Assembly: GCA_035388825.1 (NCBI GenBank)
Contig: DAOOQQ010000013.1
Coordinates: 14,492-78,491, forward strand
Direction of reading: 5' to 3'
Length of the DNA stretch: 64,000 bases
DNA from: Candidatus Ozemobacteraceae bacterium
GTDB taxonomy: Bacteria > Muiribacteriota > Ozemobacteria > Ozemobacterales > Ozemobacteraceae
Part shown: piece by piece, positions 9,836 through 18,124 of the stretch
Numbering within the stretch: the first letter of the stretch is position 1
How the letters are laid out: each line of letters begins with the position of its first letter
Translations under genes and position numbers: made by a program
The notes under the pieces: model-generated
The model's database searches: none
The model's input: only the letters and a program-made list of their open reading frames with translations
What the model was told of the DNA's origin: nothing

Positions 9836-10051
9836 AGACGTGCCCATGGATCCGCCCCCCCTCGCGTTGGACTACCGGGAAACGGGCGTGATCGCCCGCG
9901 TTTGGGATGCTGGACCCGAGGAGGGGGCTGTACAGAACGGTTCCGGTGAGGTATTCTGGGGACGATCGTTTCACCGGCATGAAAACGAGCGGTATGGCCG
10001 GGCCTGTTGGCGAACGGTGTGAACACCTACTCCCCTCGAGGAGGTTCCGAA

Positions 10052-10834
10052 ATGAAGGTTGTCATTCTGTGTGGCGGGCAGGGGACACGCATCCGTGATG
10101 TGGCCGATGATATCCCCAAGCCGATGATCCCCCTGGGACGGTATCCGATCCTATGGCATATCATGAAGTATTATTCTTCCTGGAACCATCATGATTTCAT
10201 TCTTTGCCTCGGTTACAAGGGGCAGGTGGTGAAGGATTTCTTCCTCAATTACGAGACCCATACGCGTGATTTCACCATCGATTTCTCGACATCCCGGGGA
10301 ATCACCTTTCACGACGACCACGCGGAAAGCAACTGGCGGATCACCTGCGCCGACACGGGGCTGAAAGCCATGACCGGTGCCCGTGTGAGGAACATCCGGA
10401 AGTATCTCGGGGACGAGAAGGAGTTTTTCCTGACCTATGGGGATGGGGTCGGCGATGTCGACCTCGACCGCCTTCTGGCGTTTCATCGTTCCCATGGCCG
10501 CATCATGACCGTAACGGGTGTCCGGCCGCCGGGGCGGTTCGGGGAAATCATGTGTGAAACCGGGGGGAAGGTGACCGAGTTCAATGAGAAGCCCCAGGCG
10601 AGCGGCGGCCGGATTTCCGGTGGCTTTTTCGTTTGCCGGCGGGAGCTCTTCGAATACCTCCCGGAGGGGGATGACCTGGTATTCGAGGTGGAGCCCATGC
10701 GGGCTCTGGTGCGTGCGGGGCAGATGATGGTGTATGAGCACGATGGGTTCTGGCAGCCGATGGACACGGCCCGGGACTTCCAGTTGCTGAACGGGCTCGT
10801 TGCCCAAGGGAAAGCCCCATGGATCCGATGGTGA
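10052..10834 (+). CDS. rfbF: glucose-1-phosphate cytidylyltransferase
   Basis: MKVVILCGGQGTRIRD (GGxGTR) and ILWHIMKYYS...DFILCLGYKG. GAGGAGG RBS 7 nt upstream of the ATG at 10052. Confidence 0.9.
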   Translation: MKVVILCGGQGTRIRDVADDIPKPMIPLGRYPILWHIMKYYSSWNHHDFILCLGYKGQVVKDFFLNYETHTRDFTIDFSTSRGITFHDDHAESNWRITCADTGLKAMTGARVRNIRKYLGDEKEFFLTYGDGVGDVDLDRLLAFHRSHGRIMTVTGVRPPGRFGEIMCETGGKVTEFNEKPQASGGRISGGFFVCRRELFEYLPEGDDLVFEVEPMRALVRAGQMMVYEHDGFWQPMDTARDFQLLNGLVAQGKAPWIRW

Positions 10835-11874
10835 AAAACAGACGGGTTTTGGTCACCGGCAGCACCGGCTTCAAGGGCTCCTGGCTCTCTCTCTGGCTTC
10901 TCGAGCTGGGAGCGGAAGTCGCCGGCTTTGCCCTTCCCCCGGAGCGGCCGAACGACTTGTATCACATGCTCGGATTGGAGCCGCGCATGAAACAGGTCTA
11001 CGGGGATATCCGCAATCCGGATGCCTTGTCGACACTCTTTCGCGAGTTCCGGCCGGAAATCGTGTTTCATCTCGCTGCGCAGCCCCTCGTTCGCCTTTCG
11101 TATGCCGACCCCGTCGGCACGTATTCCACCAACGTCCTCGGCTCGATTCATCTCCTCGAGGCGGTCCGGCATTGCCCGGAAACCAGGGCATTGATATATA
11201 TCACTTCAGATAAATGTTATCGCAACCGCGAATGGCTATGGGGATATCGGGAAAATGACGAGCTGGGCGGCCACGATCCGTACAGTGCCTCCAAGGCTTG
11301 CGCCGAGGTGGTGTTTTTCTCGTATCTCGACTCGTTTTTCCGCTCCCGTAAACGGTTTGGAGCTGCCTCGGCCCGCGCCGGCAACGTGATCGGCGGGGGG
11401 GACTGGGCGGCCGACCGTCTCGTGCCCGACTGTATACGGGCCCTTCAGGCTGGAAACCCGATCATCATCCGTAATCCGCACTCGATCCGCCCGTGGCAGC
11501 ATGTTCTGGAGCCCCTGTCCGGCTATCTCTTGCTGGCGGAGCGTCTGATGGCCGATCCGGAAACGGTTTCCGGCGCCTGGAACTTCGGCCCCGACGCCGA
11601 AGCGGTCCGTACCGTCCGGGATCTGTCGGAGCGTATCGTTGGCCAGTGGGGCTCGGGAGCCATCGAAATTCACTCGCCGCCCGATGCCCCCCATGAAAGC
11701 AAGCTTCTTCAGTTGAACTGCGACAAAGCCCGCCGGCTTCTCGGATGGAAGCCCTCGTGGGACTTCGAGCGCGGCCTGAGCGAAACCGTCGCCTGGTATC
11801 TCGGGGTTCACCGGGGAGAAAACCCTCTGGAACTGGCCAAAGCACAAATCAAAGCCTTTGGAGGCCTCTCATGA
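10819..11874 (+). CDS. rfbG: CDP-glucose 4,6-dehydratase
   Basis: Motifs VTGSTGFKGSWLSLWL, YITSDKCY and YSASKACAE. An alternative ATG lies at 10828. Confidence 0.9.
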   Translation: MDPMVKNRRVLVTGSTGFKGSWLSLWLLELGAEVAGFALPPERPNDLYHMLGLEPRMKQVYGDIRNPDALSTLFREFRPEIVFHLAAQPLVRLSYADPVGTYSTNVLGSIHLLEAVRHCPETRALIYITSDKCYRNREWLWGYRENDELGGHDPYSASKACAEVVFFSYLDSFFRSRKRFGAASARAGNVIGGGDWAADRLVPDCIRALQAGNPIIIRNPHSIRPWQHVLEPLSGYLLLAERLMADPETVSGAWNFGPDAEAVRTVRDLSERIVGQWGSGAIEIHSPPDAPHESKLLQLNCDKARRLLGWKPSWDFERGLSETVAWYLGVHRGENPLELAKAQIKAFGGLS

Positions 11875-12320
11875 TCGACGGAGTCGTCATCACCCCGTTG
11901 CGGCAGATTCCCGACGAGCGCGGCAAGATCATGCACATGCTCCGGGCGGATGCCCCGCATTTCAAGGGATTTGGCGAGATCTACTTTTCCTGTGTTCATC
12001 CGGGCGCAATCAAGGGGTGGCATATCCACACCCGGATGACCCTGAATTATGCGGTTCCCTTTGGAAAGATCAAGTTTGTCCTGTATGACGAGCGTCCCGA
12101 CAGCAAAACCCGTGGCGAAATTCAGGAGATCTTTCTCGGACCCGAGAACTACTGCCTCGTCACCGTTCCGCCCCATGTCTGGAACGGCTTCAAGGGCGTG
12201 GGCACAGAAACCTCCATCGTTGCAAACTGCGCCTCGATCCCGCACGATCCGTCGGAAATCCAGCGCAGGGATCCGTTCGATCCCTCGATCCCCTACTCGT
12301 GGGACATCCGGCACCAATGA
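11871..12320 (+). CDS. RmlC-like cupin sugar-nucleotide 3,5-epimerase/isomerase
   Basis: The block PDERGKIMHML...GEIYFS...IKGWHIH is typical of short dTDP-4-dehydrorhamnose-3,5-epimerase-related cupins. ATGA overlap with rfbG and a GGAGG RBS. Confidence 0.75.
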   Translation: MIDGVVITPLRQIPDERGKIMHMLRADAPHFKGFGEIYFSCVHPGAIKGWHIHTRMTLNYAVPFGKIKFVLYDERPDSKTRGEIQEIFLGPENYCLVTVPPHVWNGFKGVGTETSIVANCASIPHDPSEIQRRDPFDPSIPYSWDIRHQ

Positions 12321-13285
12321 CGACCAACGTCCTGATCACCGGGGGATTCGGCTATCTCGGGGCGCGCATGGCGAGCCACCTTCTGCGCCTGCCGGAACAT
12401 CATGTGTGCCTCGGGGGACGAACCCTTCCTTCGCCAATCCCTGCGGAGCTTGAAGGGGCCACGGCCCTCCGCATGGATGTTCTCGACGATGCGGACGTGC
12501 GTAAGGCATGCGAAGGGATGACGCATGTCATTCACCTGGCAGCGTTGAATGAGATCGATTCCGCGAAGAATCCGGAGCAGGCTGTCGCGGTCAATATCCA
12601 GGGAACGCTCAGAATGCTCCGGGCGGCCCGTTCCGCGGGGGTCAGGCGGTTCATCTTCCTCTCCACCGCCCATGTGTACGGTGCACCGCTTGCGGGGACG
12701 ATCACGGAAACCACGCCCTGCAGGCCGATCCACCCGTATGCCATCACCCACCGGGCTGCCGAAGATTTCGTTCTGGCCGCTCACAAGGCTGGGGAAATCG
12801 AGGGAATCGTCATTCGTCTCTCGAACGGAATCGGGGCGCCACTTCATGTGGGAGTGAACCGGTGGACGTTGATCGGAAACGATTTGTGCCGTCAGGCCGT
12901 GGAAAAGGGAGAGCTGGTTCTCAACTCCCCCGGTCTGCAGAGGCGCGATTTCATCACGCTTCAGGACGTCTCCCGGGCCATGGGACACGTTATGGCGATG
13001 CCCGCCTCTGAAATATCTGGTGCTATATTCAATCTCGGCGGGGAATGCGTGCTGCAGATGATCGATATTGCGGAGCTCGTCGCAGATCGCTGCTCGGCCG
13101 TTCTCGGCTTCAGGCCGCCCATACGCCGTCCCCAGCCTGCGCCCGGGGAGCTCGCCCCCCAGCTCGAATACCGGATCGACGCGCTGAAGGCGACGGGATT
13201 CCGGCTTGCCGGCGGCCTGGCGGAGGAAATCGACCGGACATTGGTGTTGTGCCGCGATGGAAAGGGGCATGGTGCGCATGCCTGA
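12317..13285 (+). CDS. NAD(P)-dependent sugar-nucleotide reductase/epimerase (extended SDR)
   Basis: Motifs VLITGGFGYLG and YAITHRAAE (YxxxK-like position). ATGA overlap with the upstream gene. Confidence 0.8.
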   Translation: MTTNVLITGGFGYLGARMASHLLRLPEHHVCLGGRTLPSPIPAELEGATALRMDVLDDADVRKACEGMTHVIHLAALNEIDSAKNPEQAVAVNIQGTLRMLRAARSAGVRRFIFLSTAHVYGAPLAGTITETTPCRPIHPYAITHRAAEDFVLAAHKAGEIEGIVIRLSNGIGAPLHVGVNRWTLIGNDLCRQAVEKGELVLNSPGLQRRDFITLQDVSRAMGHVMAMPASEISGAIFNLGGECVLQMIDIAELVADRCSAVLGFRPPIRRPQPAPGELAPQLEYRIDALKATGFRLAGGLAEEIDRTLVLCRDGKGHGAHA

Positions 13286-14255
13286 TTCCCCCGCCCCCCT
13301 GGTGTCGGTCGTCATGCCGACTTACAATCATGCGGCTTTCATCAGGGAAAGTCTCGAATCGGTGAGGGCGCAGACGATGCCTTCCTGGGAAGCCATCGTG
13401 GTCAACAATTTCTCCGAAGACGACACCGTCGAAATCGTGAACGGTCTCGGCGACCCGCGGATCCGCCTCGTGAATTATCACAACAACGGCATCATCGGTG
13501 CTTCCCGGAATCAGGGTATGCGGCTCGCGAAAGGCCGCTTTCTGGCATTCCTGGACTCGGATGACATCTGGCTTCCCGGAAAACTCGCCCGGCAACTGGA
13601 TGAACTACAGGCTCATCCCGACGACGACTGGTGCTATTCGGATGCCGAGTGCTTCGATTCGCGGAGCGGCGCGGCATTGGAGAAGTTCAGCGAACTCTAT
13701 GCCTCGCTTCCGCAGGGATGGGTAGGTTCCTCGCTGTTGCAGGAAGGGAATTTCATCGCCTCGCCGACGGTTCTTGCGCGGCGGGATGTCGTCGTCGCGG
13801 CTGGGGGATTCAACGAATCACCCCTCGTGCGCTGTCGGGAGGATTGGGAACTCTGGCTTCGCCTTGCTGCCTGCCACCGGATCGCCTTCGTTCCCGAGGT
13901 TCTTGCCCGCTATCGGGAACATCCGGCGAATGTGACGCGGAATGAGGATCTGGAAAGAGTTCGAAAGAGCAATCTGCAGGTCATCCGGAACGTCGTCGAA
14001 GCGTTGCCCGCGGTGTATGCCCCGATACGAGGTCGGGCGGAGGCCCTGCAGTATCTGAATTCGGGTGCGTCCTATGCGATGCGCGGGGAGTTCGGACGTG
14101 CCCGACGTCTCTTTGCCCGTGCCATCGGGAAATATCCCCTGTTCCGGCATGCCTGGGCCTGGTTGTTCCTGAGCTTTCTCGGAAAAACGGGAGTTGCGCT
14201 CAAGGAACGCATCTTCCCGCTGCCCCGGCGGGTCACGACGCTGGCTCATCGGTGA
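13278..14255 (+). CDS. family 2 glycosyltransferase
   Basis: Motifs VSVVMPTYNHAAFIRESLESV and FLDSDD. Alternative starts at 13269 and 13206. Confidence 0.85.
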   Translation: MPDSPAPLVSVVMPTYNHAAFIRESLESVRAQTMPSWEAIVVNNFSEDDTVEIVNGLGDPRIRLVNYHNNGIIGASRNQGMRLAKGRFLAFLDSDDIWLPGKLARQLDELQAHPDDDWCYSDAECFDSRSGAALEKFSELYASLPQGWVGSSLLQEGNFIASPTVLARRDVVVAAGGFNESPLVRCREDWELWLRLAACHRIAFVPEVLARYREHPANVTRNEDLERVRKSNLQVIRNVVEALPAVYAPIRGRAEALQYLNSGASYAMRGEFGRARRLFARAIGKYPLFRHAWAWLFLSFLGKTGVALKERIFPLPRRVTTLAHR

Positions 14256-15409
14256 AGAACAGGATCAGGGTCGCCTGGGTCTGCACCCCCCTGCTGTATG
14301 GCATCGGGGGGACCTGGAAGCATCTCACGAACTGGGCTGCTTCGCTCGACCAGAACCGATTCGAGGCCGCCCTGTTTTTCGGACCGGTTCGCGCCGACCA
14401 GGCGGCGCCGATTCGCGAACATTTCCAACGCTTCCGGAATCTCACGGTCCGTGCCGTCGAGGGATTGTTCCCCGTCCGCCACTGGCCGATCGTGGGAGTG
14501 AAAAACCTTCGTTCGGCCCTTGAAGGATGGCGGCCGGATATCATCCACTCAATATATATACAAAGCGATTTTTTAGGGGCGCTCGCCCGGCCCGCCTCCA
14601 CTCGTGCGCATATCTCTTCCTGGGAGAGCGATCCTGAACTGTGGCTGACGAAAGGATGGAAAAAACCCTTTTACAAACTCGGGTTCGAAATCTGTCGGAA
14701 GTATATCGACCACTTCGTCGTTTTGTCGAGCCATCTGCGCGAGGCGGGCATCAGAGATCTGCATATCCCCACGAGTCGGATTTCTGTCATTCCCATCGGA
14801 CTCCCCGCGAAGGAGTTCCCCCCGAGAGCCTATCCCGAACTGCTTCTGCCACTCACAACTCCCAGGATCGGTGTTATTTCCCGGCTCGACCCCGGAAAAC
14901 TCGTGCACATGACCGTTCAGGCTGCCACGCAGATTCTGAAGGAGTTTCCGGACGCCCGTTTCATCATCGTCGGGGATGGGACGGAACGAGAGCGACTGCA
15001 GCGGATGGCGGAAGAGTTGGGAATCGCCGGAAAAATGGAGTTCCCGGGGTGGCGGAACGATGTGCCGCGGCTCCTTGCCGGAATGGACGTTTTCGTTTTC
15101 ACGTCCACCTCTGAGGGATTGCCCGTAGCGGTTCTCGAAGCCCAGGCGGCCATGGTGCCGACGGTCTCGACAAGAATCGGCGGCGTGCCCGATGTCATCA
15201 CTCACGGAGACAACGGCCTGATCCTCGAAGAGACGACGCCGAAATCGATTGCTGAAAGTGTTTTACGCCTCTTGCGTGATCCTGTGCTTGCCCGCAGCCT
15301 GGCCGTGCATGGCCGGCACAAATTCGAACGAACCTATACCATCGAACATGAAATGGGAGCCTTGCAGGATCTCTATCAGAGATTCTGTGATACCCAAGGC
15401 CGGCGGTGA
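14252..15409 (+). CDS. family 4 (GT-B) glycosyltransferase
   Basis: A GTG start overlaps the upstream TGA. The C-terminal E-x7-E region is TSTSEGLPVAVLEAQAAMVPTVSTRIGGVPDVI. It is a paralog of the gene at 20334..21548. Confidence 0.85.
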   Translation: MKNRIRVAWVCTPLLYGIGGTWKHLTNWAASLDQNRFEAALFFGPVRADQAAPIREHFQRFRNLTVRAVEGLFPVRHWPIVGVKNLRSALEGWRPDIIHSIYIQSDFLGALARPASTRAHISSWESDPELWLTKGWKKPFYKLGFEICRKYIDHFVVLSSHLREAGIRDLHIPTSRISVIPIGLPAKEFPPRAYPELLLPLTTPRIGVISRLDPGKLVHMTVQAATQILKEFPDARFIIVGDGTERERLQRMAEELGIAGKMEFPGWRNDVPRLLAGMDVFVFTSTSEGLPVAVLEAQAAMVPTVSTRIGGVPDVITHGDNGLILEETTPKSIAESVLRLLRDPVLARSLAVHGRHKFERTYTIEHEMGALQDLYQRFCDTQGRR

Positions 15410-15424
15410 TTCCGGAATACCGGT

Positions 15425-16909
15425 TCAGTTCGGAAAGATCAGCTTTCGGAGCATTGCCGGGCCCTTCGCGAGCCGGTCACGGATTTTCCGGAAAACGGCG
15501 CCCGGTTCCTGGCAGAATTTCCTCAGGGTGGCGAAGAAATACTTCTTTCGATGCATTCTGAACGCATGTCCGACCATTTCCCGGATCGTTTTTTCCCACT
15601 CGGCATCGCCCATCGTGTCGGAAAAATTCATGAATGGACTTCCCTGGTGAAAGCGCTTCCAATCGAGATTGGGGAGGACGATTTTTCCGGAGTCTCGTAG
15701 GGATTGAAACAGCGGTGTCCCTGGAAGGGGCGTGACGATACTCAGATAGAAAAGATCGAGCGGGATGGTCCGCATGAGATTGATGGTCTTTTTCATTTCG
15801 GCGTGGGTTTCCCAGGGGAAGCCGACCATGAAATACCCTGTCACGAGCAGGTGATGCCTGCGCAACAGGGAGATCGCCTCCCGGACGCGGGCAAGGGTGA
15901 TTTTTTTCGATATCGCAATGAGGGTCTTTTCTGAGCCGGTTTCGATCCCGATTGCAACGCCCACGCAGCCTGCCTGCTTCATTGCGCTGACGATCGACTC
16001 GTCGAGCAGATCGACCCGCGTGTTGCAGATCCAGGTGACGTTTTCGGTCTTCAGAACCGCGCAGAGTTTGAGAAGCCGTTCCTTGTTGAGCGAGAACGAA
16101 TCATCCTCGAAGCAGAATCGTGTGATCCCGTATTTTTGCTTCACCTGGCGGACTTCATCGCCCACGCTCTCCGGACTGCGGAACCGGACGATCTTGTCGC
16201 TTGCGCAGTAGAGACACTGGAAGGGGCAGCCGCGTGCGCTGACCATGATCCATGTATAGATAGCCGGATTGTCGGTATTCTGAAAGCTATACTTCTGGAG
16301 GGATGATTCGAAAATCGGCAGCGGGAGAGTGTTGATATCCCGAATATAGGGCCGCGGCTCGGTGATCCGGACTGCTCCCGCCCTGTCTTTGAAGGCGATT
16401 CCCCGGATGGCGTCGGGATTCTGGACGTTCTCCAGCAACTCCCGGAGTGTCTCTTCGCCTTCACCGATGACGACGAAATCGACGCTCTCATTTGCGGCCG
16501 TTTCGGCCGGCAGAGCCGTGGGATGCTTCCCGCCCATGATCGTGATGATCGAAGAGTTCACCTTCTTGGCGATTCTGCTGACCATGACGGCGGAAATGTA
16601 GGAGGCCGTCATCGAGCTGATGCCGACGACGTCCGGGCGATACTCCGCGATCACCCGCTCGATTTCGGCCCAGATCGGATCCTGGGGATCTGTCAGGCGT
16701 CGAACATACTGTTCGTGTTTTTCCGTGAAGAGGTAGTTTGAAAGAGTTGGGACCTGATCTGGGGCGAAATCGGCATTGTAAATTTCGATTTCGTGCTCTG
16801 GAAGATGTTTCTGAATATAGACGGCAAGGTAGTTCAAGGCTACCGGCGGGGCGATCAGCGTCGAACCGAAAAATCTCATCCAAGGCGGGTGAATCAACAG
16901 AATTTTCAC
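15425..16909 (-). CDS. B12-binding domain-containing radical SAM protein
   Basis: An N-terminal cobalamin-binding-type domain (KILLIHPP...VGISSMT) followed by SARGCPFQCLYCAS (CxxxCxxC). GTG start with a GGAGG RBS. Confidence 0.85.
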   Translation of the reverse strand: MKILLIHPPWMRFFGSTLIAPPVALNYLAVYIQKHLPEHEIEIYNADFAPDQVPTLSNYLFTEKHEQYVRRLTDPQDPIWAEIERVIAEYRPDVVGISSMTASYISAVMVSRIAKKVNSSIITIMGGKHPTALPAETAANESVDFVVIGEGEETLRELLENVQNPDAIRGIAFKDRAGAVRITEPRPYIRDINTLPLPIFESSLQKYSFQNTDNPAIYTWIMVSARGCPFQCLYCASDKIVRFRSPESVGDEVRQVKQKYGITRFCFEDDSFSLNKERLLKLCAVLKTENVTWICNTRVDLLDESIVSAMKQAGCVGVAIGIETGSEKTLIAISKKITLARVREAISLLRRHHLLVTGYFMVGFPWETHAEMKKTINLMRTIPLDLFYLSIVTPLPGTPLFQSLRDSGKIVLPNLDWKRFHQGSPFMNFSDTMGDAEWEKTIREMVGHAFRMHRKKYFFATLRKFCQEPGAVFRKIRDRLAKGPAMLRKLIFPN

Positions 16910-16990
16910 GGAACGGCTCCTCCAAACAGGTGAAACACACTATCGCATGAAACGGCTTCGTTTTCCAGGGAGTGTGTGAAAACAGAACGT

Positions 16991-18088
16991 TCATCGACCG
17001 TCGGGCGTGCCGATCGGCTCGTCGGGGGCGTAGTCACGGTGGGCTTTGTGGCCGAGGCAGGACCAGTAGTCCATCGGAGAGATGCCCGTGCCGGGCCGCT
17101 TGGCGGTGAGATTCTCCGGGGTGAAGGGCTCGCCGGCCTTGATTGGAAGGGCGGCGACGAGGCTCTTGCGGGCGATACACCGGTTCTTGCGCTCTGACGG
17201 GGCGGGTTGCTTCAGGCCGGTGCCGAGGGCCCGCTCGATCTGCCGGATCCCCGCAACCATCGCCGTCAGCTCCTGGGGCTCGAGCGAAGCTTTGTGATCG
17301 GGGCCGGGAAGCGTTTTATCGAGGGTGAAATGTTTCTCGATGACGCTCGCCCCGCGTGCCACGGCGGCCAGCGGGACGGCAATTCCCGTCGTGTGGTCCG
17401 AGAGGCCGACCGGAAGGTCGAAGGTGTCGCGCAGCGTATCCATCGCGCGCAGGTTCACGTCGTCGAACGGGGCCGGGTACTCGGTCGTGCAGTGCATCAG
17501 CGTGACATTGGTCTGAAGGTGGGCCTGCCCGGCTCCCGTGCCGAAGGCATCGCGGAACAGGTCGCGGGAAGGCGGCTCGCGCCGGCCTGCGTAGCCGAAC
17601 GCCAGCACGCCGAGCGCTTCCTCAACTTCCTGCGTCGTCGACATGCCGGTCGAGAGGATCACCGGCAGCCCGGTGCGGGCGATGTGCAGCAGAAGCGGGC
17701 CGTTCGTGATCTCTCCGGAGGGCACCTTGAGCCGCTTCACACCCAGCCGGACGAGCAGATCGACGCTTTCCCCGTCGAACGGGGTCGAGAGAAACCCGAT
17801 GCCGAACTCCTGACAGCGGGCGATGAGTCGTCGGTGGGTCTCCTCGCCGAGTTCGAGCTTCCGGACCATCTCGAGCTGGGATTCCCGGGCATCCGTTGTC
17901 TTCGTCTGATACTCGGCCTTTGGGGCGAACCGGCTGATCACCCGCTCCGCCCGGAACGTCTGGAACTTGACAATGTCGGCTCCGGCCCGTGCTGCGATCT
18001 CGACCAGTTCCAGCGCCAGGTCGGGTGAGCCGTTGTGGTTGACGCCGGCTTCGGCAATGATCAGGGTGCGCGGGATGCGGTCCGTCAT
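16991..18088 (-). CDS. neuB: N-acetylneuraminate (nonulosonate) synthase with C-terminal SAF domain
   Basis: Motifs IIAEAGVNHNGSPDLALELVEIAARAGADIVKFQTF and LSDHT. The C-terminal tail is antifreeze-like/SAF. Confidence 0.9.
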   Translation of the reverse strand: MTDRIPRTLIIAEAGVNHNGSPDLALELVEIAARAGADIVKFQTFRAERVISRFAPKAEYQTKTTDARESQLEMVRKLELGEETHRRLIARCQEFGIGFLSTPFDGESVDLLVRLGVKRLKVPSGEITNGPLLLHIARTGLPVILSTGMSTTQEVEEALGVLAFGYAGRREPPSRDLFRDAFGTGAGQAHLQTNVTLMHCTTEYPAPFDDVNLRAMDTLRDTFDLPVGLSDHTTGIAVPLAAVARGASVIEKHFTLDKTLPGPDHKASLEPQELTAMVAGIRQIERALGTGLKQPAPSERKNRCIARKSLVAALPIKAGEPFTPENLTAKRPGTGISPMDYWSCLGHKAHRDYAPDEPIGTPDGR

Positions 18089-18124
18089 GGAAACTCTCCT
18101 CTCGTCTTCGAAATCCGGGTGAAA

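Noticed and set aside
16935-16977. A 7-bp inverted repeat (ACACACT/AGTGTGT) with a nested stem in the neuB-rSAM spacer, considered as a cobalamin riboswitch or attenuator.
   Set aside because: It is far too short and lacks the conserved B12-box features. It is most likely an ordinary intercistronic stem.
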